In this document: piece by piece, positions 57,216 through 64,000 of the stretch
Layout of the letters: every line of letters starts with the position of its first letter
How positions within the stretch are numbered: position 1 is the first letter of the stretch
Assembly (NCBI GenBank): GCA_951406725.2
Contig: OX597822.1
Location: 23,002,001-23,066,000 of the forward strand
DNA: 64,000 bases
Source of the DNA: Octopus vulgaris
Lineage: Eukaryota
Direction: 5' to 3'
Program-made: the position numbers and the translations under genes
Notes under the pieces: generated by a model
What the model was told of the DNA's origin: nothing
Seen by the model: only the letters and a program-made list of their open reading frames with translations
Database searches by the model: none

Positions 57216-57904
57216 ACACACACACAGAGAAAATATATTTGTTCTGATGACAGATTTTTCAAAAAACAATTTTAATTAAGTCTCGAGATTAACTACATTT
57301 AAGCTATTTCACACTAAAGGTGTTAAGTAAAAGAAAAAAAAAAAAGAAGAAAGAAAATGGAATAGTCCTTTACAAATGATTAGCATTTCTTCATTTGTTT
57401 TGAGGAAAATTTTGGTTGTGCTACTTTGCAAATCTTGTGTAAACAAGATTAATATTTCAATTCTTTAATCAGATCTATCATATAGAAAAATATCAATAAT
57501 AGTTAGCTTAGCATCTAATGAAATTTAATTAAAAATGTGTGAAATAAGTTCTGAAAAGCTTATACAAATTGTAGATATAACCATTTATAACAGAATATCA
57601 ATTTCTGTTTCAAAACAGCATCACTAATTAAAAAAAAAAAAAGAAAAGAAAAATCTAAAATGGACTGAAAGGAAATTAAAATTTGCAATTCATTCTATAA
57701 CTGACTTTAAAAGTAAATCATCACAATATTTTGTATTCAGAGTAATGGAATATATTTTCTCTCAAATTTCACTAGTGAAGTTCATGTTTTAAATAGAGAA
57801 ACCACAGTTTATTTTCCAAGATATTGCTGTGTGTGTGTGTGTGCAAAGATTGGCAAAGACAGTATGAAGCCATCAGGTAACTTAAAATGAAAAAAACAGA
57901 AGCA

Positions 57905-57954
<50 letters not shown>

Positions 57955-58746
57955 GGGAGAAAGATATAGGTAAATAGAAAGGCATGTGTGTGTGTATATA
58001 TATATATATATATGTAGAGAGAGAGAGAGAGAGAGAGAGATAACAGGATGTAAGGATATCTTGCCAACTTTTGACACAAGACGCCTATTACTGGCATGAA
58101 TTTAGGAATGAGGGAAAAAAAGAAGTTTATTTCAGTTCCTGTTCATTGGTTTGGATTATCAGAAAAAAGAATAAGAAGGAATACTTAAAAACTGAAGAGG
58201 GTAAATGTTAAGGAAAATCATCTCAAAATAACTACACCAGCATTTCTCAAGGGATCAGGGAATGCTTGGTATTTCAGAAGACAAGCGATTGCCAAGGCAT
58301 GTTCAAGTGTATTGCAGGTTGCAAAGAAATATATTTATATATATATATTTGCATGGGAATGAAGCCAGATTTATAACTGGCAGTTTTAAGATGTTCATGC
58401 CTCGTTGACATAAAAGAAAGCAGATTGCAATTGGGAATTGAAACCAAGTGGCTCACTGGTTACACCGTTTACATAAAACTTACTGACATACTATGGGTGT
58501 CAACCACAATATAGAACAGAAGGCAAAAAAGAAAATTAGCAATTGTAAGATAGTAGTATGTCAGGGAGAGAGATAATAGATGCTAGAATGACAAAAAAGA
58601 TATAATTCTTCTTAAATTAATAGCTGCATTTCTCAGATGTCGAGTATAACATGTATTCAATATGACATATTTTGGAAGAACAGGGTGTGTTCTTTTTCTT
58701 TTTTTGTCATAAATACATGTGCATGCACATGATTGTTGCCAATGTG

Positions 58747-58802
<56 letters not shown>

Positions 58803-59084
58803 TGAAAAAATTACTAGACATATATTGACAGTTTTTACATCCTAACTAAATTTACTACCAGAAAAATGCTATGATTTCCACATACATGTGTGTGTGTGTG
58901 TATGTAATTACTAGTTTTGTTCTAATGGACACACATATATTTGCTCACACATATATGTAACTTCTAGTTGTCTGTTTTTTATATACAATATATATATATA
59001 TATATATATACATACACATACATCTATATCTATCTATATAGAGTTTGAAGTAGCCAGAGAGAGAGAGAGAAAGTGATATATATA

Positions 59085-59123
<39 letters not shown>

Positions 59124-59338
59124 CGAGAGAGCAAGTGATATATGTGTGTGTGTGTGTAGATAGATAGAGAGAGAGAGAGAGAGAGAACTTTTATTTGGAT
59201 TCTTCAAGTAAGCATAAACTGCTTAATGTCATTTATCTTAAAGAAGGTAAAAAAAGGACCAGAGTGTGCAAAATGGCCCCACATAGTACATTGGTTATAT
59301 GTCATTGCCGGAAGGATTTGGTTTCGATACATCTTCCT

Positions 59339-59370
<32 letters not shown>

Positions 59371-59425
59371 CTTTTGCGTAAAATAAACCATTATTATAGA
59401 ATATACACTGCAACATGGCAAGTAC

Positions 59426-59467
59426 TTGGTTACATTTTCCCTTGTGTAAATGAGTTGAGGGTGAAGG
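59426..59467 (-). CDS. Weak candidate 42-nt cassette exon PSPSTHLHKGKCNQ
   Basis: Acceptor tttttctgtctctcctgggattctag and an open phase-0 frame, but the donor CAA|gtactt is weak. An alternative donor (exon end 59434) would give 34 nt. Confidence 0.2.
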
Positions 59468-59614
59468 CTAGAATCCCAGGAGAGACAGAAAAATGGTGCG
59501 TATATGCAAGAATTAAGCGACAAAGGAAAAACGAAAGGAAACACAGATGATATGATAAATGTTCCATCAGCAGTAAATAATATACATTTCAAAGATCACA
59601 CAAAATGTATTTAA

Positions 59615-59828
59615 CCCTTTAGCATTTAATTTGGCCATATCCAGCCCAAATATTCTACCTGCTTCAAGTTGCAGTTGGCCAAATCCAGCCTCTCACTCCT
59701 ACCCTACAATGTTAATCTAAAAATATACAATCACATCCTCAAACTCTCAAAGCTACAAGATAAATACAGGATTAATTTTCAAAAATGCAAATAAATAAAT
59801 ATCACTTTTGACAAAGTATGCTAAAGGG
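59615..59828. mobile_element. piggyBac-type MITE
   Basis: TTAA|ccctttagca ... tgctaaaggg|TTAA. A related diverged copy lies at about 2557-2785. Confidence 0.75.
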
Positions 59829-60837
59829 TTAAATCTATTTATTTATGTATATATTTTCTCAATTTTATAAAATATTTTATCTAACCTTCAGTATCTATGT
59901 CAGTGAGGTATTGTTATAAAAAAAGGATAAACTACTCTCACTCCCTTTGCCCCAGTGTCAAAAAAAAAAAAGAAAAAGAAAAGAAAAAAAAAAAGAGAGA
60001 GAAGATTAAAGATTAACTCTTCTAATACCAAAAGAACCTCTTTGAATGAACAATTTTTTTTATTCATAATTCATTTATTTTGTGAAACATCAGAAAGTCT
60101 GTTGAATATTTGGTTGCCTATACAATTGGACAAAGTGAGAAACAACATATAACAACAATAACCTGATGAACAAATTTGTAAGTATGCAAAACTATTTTCA
60201 CTGCTACGACTACTACTGCTACTACTTAAAAGATGGAGAAGAACCCTTTGTAAGAAATCTTGTTGGAGAAAACCTCTCTAACATCAGTGGCATAATGAAA
60301 CGCATCCATCTGTAGAAATGACATCAAAAGTAATCACAAACATACACAATCAACACAGTTGTCCAAAGTTTTTTTTTTCTGTTGTAATGTGTGAAGTGAC
60401 GAAGAACTGTAACAGATGATGACATGTGGGATTTGTCTGACTATGCCAGTATGGGGAAAAAAGAATAAAAAATCCTGGACATTATGACGATGATGATGAT
60501 GATGATGATGGACAATGAAGATGATTATTTGTGAACTTGCAAAATAATGATGGGAGTAAAACTAAAAATTTAAGGCCCTAAACTTTTATTATCATAACTG
60601 GAATCGAACAAAATTTCTAACAAAGATTTTTTAGTTTAATTCTTTAATTCCTTTTCTTATAATTACTATTGTTTGTTTTTAAAATCAATATGTCTTTAAA
60701 ATAATCCTTAAATTCAATTATATTGATTTTAAAAATCCAAAAATAATCACAAGCCCTCTGTTTTCCTTAGATGGTGTTTATGAAAAGATCTGAAGAAGCA
60801 GCATGTTATGACAGCTATGTTTATGTATAGCAAACAG

Positions 60838-60988
60838 ATGTTTGATAATAATGCTTATTTATATCAAACAAATGCTTATGTACATATATTTGATAACAGT
60901 GCTTATTTACATCAAACAAAATGCTTGATAATGATGCTCATTTAGATCAAACAAAATGTTTGATAACAATGCTTATTTTTATCAAATG
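60838..60988. repeat. About 35-bp minisatellite of self-complementary units
   Basis: Four to five units of (t)ttgataa.a.tgct.attt...atcaaa(ca). Confidence 0.75.
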
Positions 60989-61294
60989 ATTTGATTGAAC
61001 AACGTGGAGAAAGTAATAAAATGAATAAGGACAAAACTATTTGTTTAAAATAGAACAGAGAGAAAATTTTTTAAAAAAGTGCATAAGTGTTTGATGAAAG
61101 ACTATTTCAGCACCATAGTTATAGTAAATGTAAGTTGCAAGCTAAAGGGTAGGGAGGAAGTAACATAGGGGCGGGTTAAAGGTTAAGGGAAAAGGCTATA
61201 TACAAAAAGACAAAGGATCCAAGCTTGGGAAGAGAGCAATCATGCTAACTATATAGAAAGTCATTAATATGGAAAAAAAAAAAAAAAGTTTTAC

Positions 61295-61310
61295 CTGGAA
61301 TGGATTTTGG
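61295..61310 (-). CDS. Candidate 16-nt frameshifting microexon (CCAAAATCCATTCCAG)
   Basis: Strong pyrimidine tract tttttctttccttgtcacag and donor CAG|gtaaaa, 71 nt after the most distal donor of the previous exon. Confidence 0.35.
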
Positions 61311-61420
61311 CTGTGACAAGGAAAGAAAAAAAACAAACAAAACAAAAACAAATACAAGGTGTTAAACCAGACATATTTTACCTGTACAGATTGCTTGGAG
61401 CATAAACTTACACTGCTGAC

Positions 61421-61561
61421 CTGCGAGGGACTACGGAACCGGTAGTGATGGTGTGTTGGGGAGTAGGATTTGGCAGAAGAGTCAGATGAGCTGTTTATGC
61501 TACTGTTGCTACACATACTGGATTTCCGTGAACCAAGTGAACTTGGGGAGCTTGGTGGTGT
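61421..61561 (-). CDS. MTSS1: MTSS1/MIM-like exon, Ser-rich region just after the I-BAR domain: TPPSSPSSLGSRKSSMCSNSSINSSSDSSAKSYSPTHHHYRFRSPSQ
   Basis: Acceptor tgtttcag with branch-like CACTAAT about 35 nt upstream. Donor CAG|gtcagc, with in-frame alternatives ending at 61412 and 61382. Strong similarity to human MTSS1 TPPSSPSTTMSRKSSVCSSLNSVNSSDS...HYRYRS. Confidence 0.9.
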
Positions 61562-64000
61562 CTGAAACAATATGATGGGGTAGGGTCCCGGATTAGTGCG
61601 CGGATTTAAATCACAAACAAAATAGGGAAGGAAGTAGCGGAAGTGGGGGCGAGATTTTGCTATCCAACTAGAAAAAAAAAGGAGAAAAAAATTGCTGTAA
61701 AAAAACAAAAACGGAAGAGGAGAAGGGGGAGGCTATGATGAGAATCGTTAAGGAATTGAAAAAAAGGAGGTTATTGAAACAAGACAGTTAAGTGAGTAAT
61801 GAGTGATGCATAATGAGGACTGAACATGATTTTTCGATACCGTATTATGTAGAAAGATCGACAAATTATTAGATATGAATTGAAAGTAACCCAAATTATT
61901 CTTTCTTTTTATTAGGCCAGCATCAGTTCTATGATATGCTTAATGTATACGAGTAAACTTTAAAACCAGGAAAGACTTTTTCTAAAAGAGATGCTAACTC
62001 ATTTGAATCGTGACAAACAACATGATTGTACACTAACTAGGAAAGGAATAACTAATTTTTTTCCAAAAAAAAAATAAATAAATAAATAAAAAATAAAGAT
62101 GTGATTTTTAATTTCATCTTTAAAACTATTCTATTAAACAAACTTCTGTATACACACTGCAGATGTTGACATGACATAAAAGGAGAAAAAAAAAAAGGAC
62201 CAAATAAATAAAATCCAATTTTGCTAGCATTTCAGTTCTTTCAAACCAATTGCTTGGTTGTGATAACTCTTGATAAAATGAAAGCAAAAACAAGATTACG
62301 GGCATGTCTGAAGACCTGAACTTAATATCACTAATTTAATACCAAACCCAAATGAGAAATTTAATAAAATATAGCCATTGTAGAAATTCTAGCAAAATCC
62401 ATTAACTTTACCAGAAATTTAAAATAAAAATAATAACCCCCAAAATATAGAAAAACTATGGAAATTTCAAGGTTTGTTTAAAGTTCTATTGAAAAGAATT
62501 TGTTCCTATTAAACTCAAAAGATATATTTGTAATTCAGAGTAAAAGAATATTTCTGTATTACTAGCCATTTTTATACTTAAATTTATAAACTTTTTTTCT
62601 TTAGCTAAAGTGTATGTTGTTTCATTTTATTATTATATCATTTTTATATAATGCATATGCACATTTTAATGAAGTTGGAACATTTTAAGAAATGCAAAAT
62701 AACAAAAGAAGCAGGAATGATATGTGCACAACAAAAGCATGTAACATTTTTGTTCAAACAAACGCACATGCATACATACACACACACGCACACATACATA
62801 CATATATATATGATATGTGTGTGTATGTGTATAATGAATCCCAAAAGCAAAGATCAGCAAAGTGGATTCCCCGAAATATTGCATTTTAACAATTGCAGTG
62901 AAAATTACCAGAGATATAAACATCATTCAGAAGAAGAAGAAAAATGGAATAATAATGATGATAATAATAATAATTTGACAAACTGCATGGATATGCATCA
63001 CCAAAAAGCTTAAAAGGAGTAAAAGAAAAAGAAAGAATTTAATCTCTTCAAGCAGCCTTTTACCATGTTACATGTAGTTAAGAACATGTTTCGGACAGCT
63101 TTGTGTAAGATTGTATTACTTTAGATTCCTTTTAATTAGAATTATGGTTTCTTGATCTAGCTTTGCCAATCATCTTTTATTGAAAAGAAATGCAACATGA
63201 ATGAAAAAAAAGAAAAATGCCACATTAAAAAAAGAATTGCAATAAATAAAAAAAACTATATAAGTTATTATTTTGATAAACATACATATATATTGCACAC
63301 ATTCAAAATCATGAAAAATAAATTGGCTCTGAAATAGAAGAATGGTTAATTTTACATGGAATGGTGTAATGAAATGCCTGTGTTGTTTTTTTCCTTTCAT
63401 TTTTTACTCTGGAAATGTCATTTTCAAGATAATAAAAAAAGCAGCAAGTATTTTCATTGTTTACCAAAATAATCTAAATTTCTGTTCCCTTAGATCCCAA
63501 GATAATTACAAATACTATTTTGTCATATTATGTCATAAAAAGTGCCTTAAGAAATAAAAAAAACAAATCTTAAAAAAAAGAAAAGAAAAAAATTCACTGG
63601 CATATTTCGGAAGAATTGATAATGCCAAATATATGCACACAGAGATCAGTGGAGATTTACTTAAATGGTAAGTTAACGATAAATTCTAGAAACAAGTTAA
63701 AAAAAAATTGAGAAAAGACAGCAAGGATAACTTGATAATTTTAGTAAATAGAGAAAATCTATTTTTTAATAAGTAATTTATTGAAATTATCTCCCCAACA
63801 ACTCGTTAGATTCTTCTTTATCTTCCTCAAGCTAAGAGGGTAATTTCAATTTATTAATATTTTTATTTGCATACTCCATTGGGTAGAACTACATCTAGCT
63901 GACTCCTTTAAATGGATTATATTAATGTTTTGACTTAAATGAAAATAATTCTGAAATAAGCAAAAATCCACAATTATAAACTTCTTTGGCATACTTCAGA

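Noticed and set aside
60838-60988. CRISPR-like palindromic repeats
   Set aside because: No unique spacers, degenerate units, no cas genes, eukaryotic intron.
61562-61708. N-terminal extension of the 170-aa ORF, or an upstream acceptor at 61667
   Set aside because: Reads as pyrimidine tract and branch site, with no similarity to the expected MIM sequence; the upstream acceptor is 106 nt away and not frame-preserving.

Overview
Eukaryotic, very AT-rich, microsatellite- and SINE-dense DNA. The repeat content looks like an octopus (coleoid cephalopod) genome; this is inferred from recognition, not a database search. Almost the whole window is intron of one minus-strand gene, an MTSS1/MIM (missing-in-metastasis, I-BAR family) ortholog. 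I could assemble an in-phase exon chain 61561-61421 > 55325-55209 > 49072-49028 > 36495-36054 > 25481-25443 > 10678-10512 > 3275-3147. It encodes the Ser-rich and Pro-rich middle region (TPPSSPSSLGSRKSSMCS, VRLTSVSSQDSGFTSQDA, RPHTISSAYEK); the I-BAR and WH2 exons lie outside the window. Nearly all ORFs in the supplied track are repeat or microsatellite artefacts. Introns hold at least four SINE-like families, hAT and piggyBac-type MITEs, Tc1/mariner and RTE relics, and Penelope-like inverted repeats. No prokaryotic-type system is present. Best leads: (1) a possible frame-switch splicing module (16-nt microexon, a dual-frame exon and a 99-nt exon that is poison in one frame and open in the other); (2) a near-intact Penelope-type hammerhead ribozyme on the pre-mRNA strand; (3) a TSD-flanked chimeric RTE insertion that captured about 260 nt of the neighbouring intron; (4) several in-frame microexon candidates; (5) inverted SINEs and hairpins that could be ADAR or back-splicing substrates. 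All splice models are sequence-only predictions and need RNA-seq.
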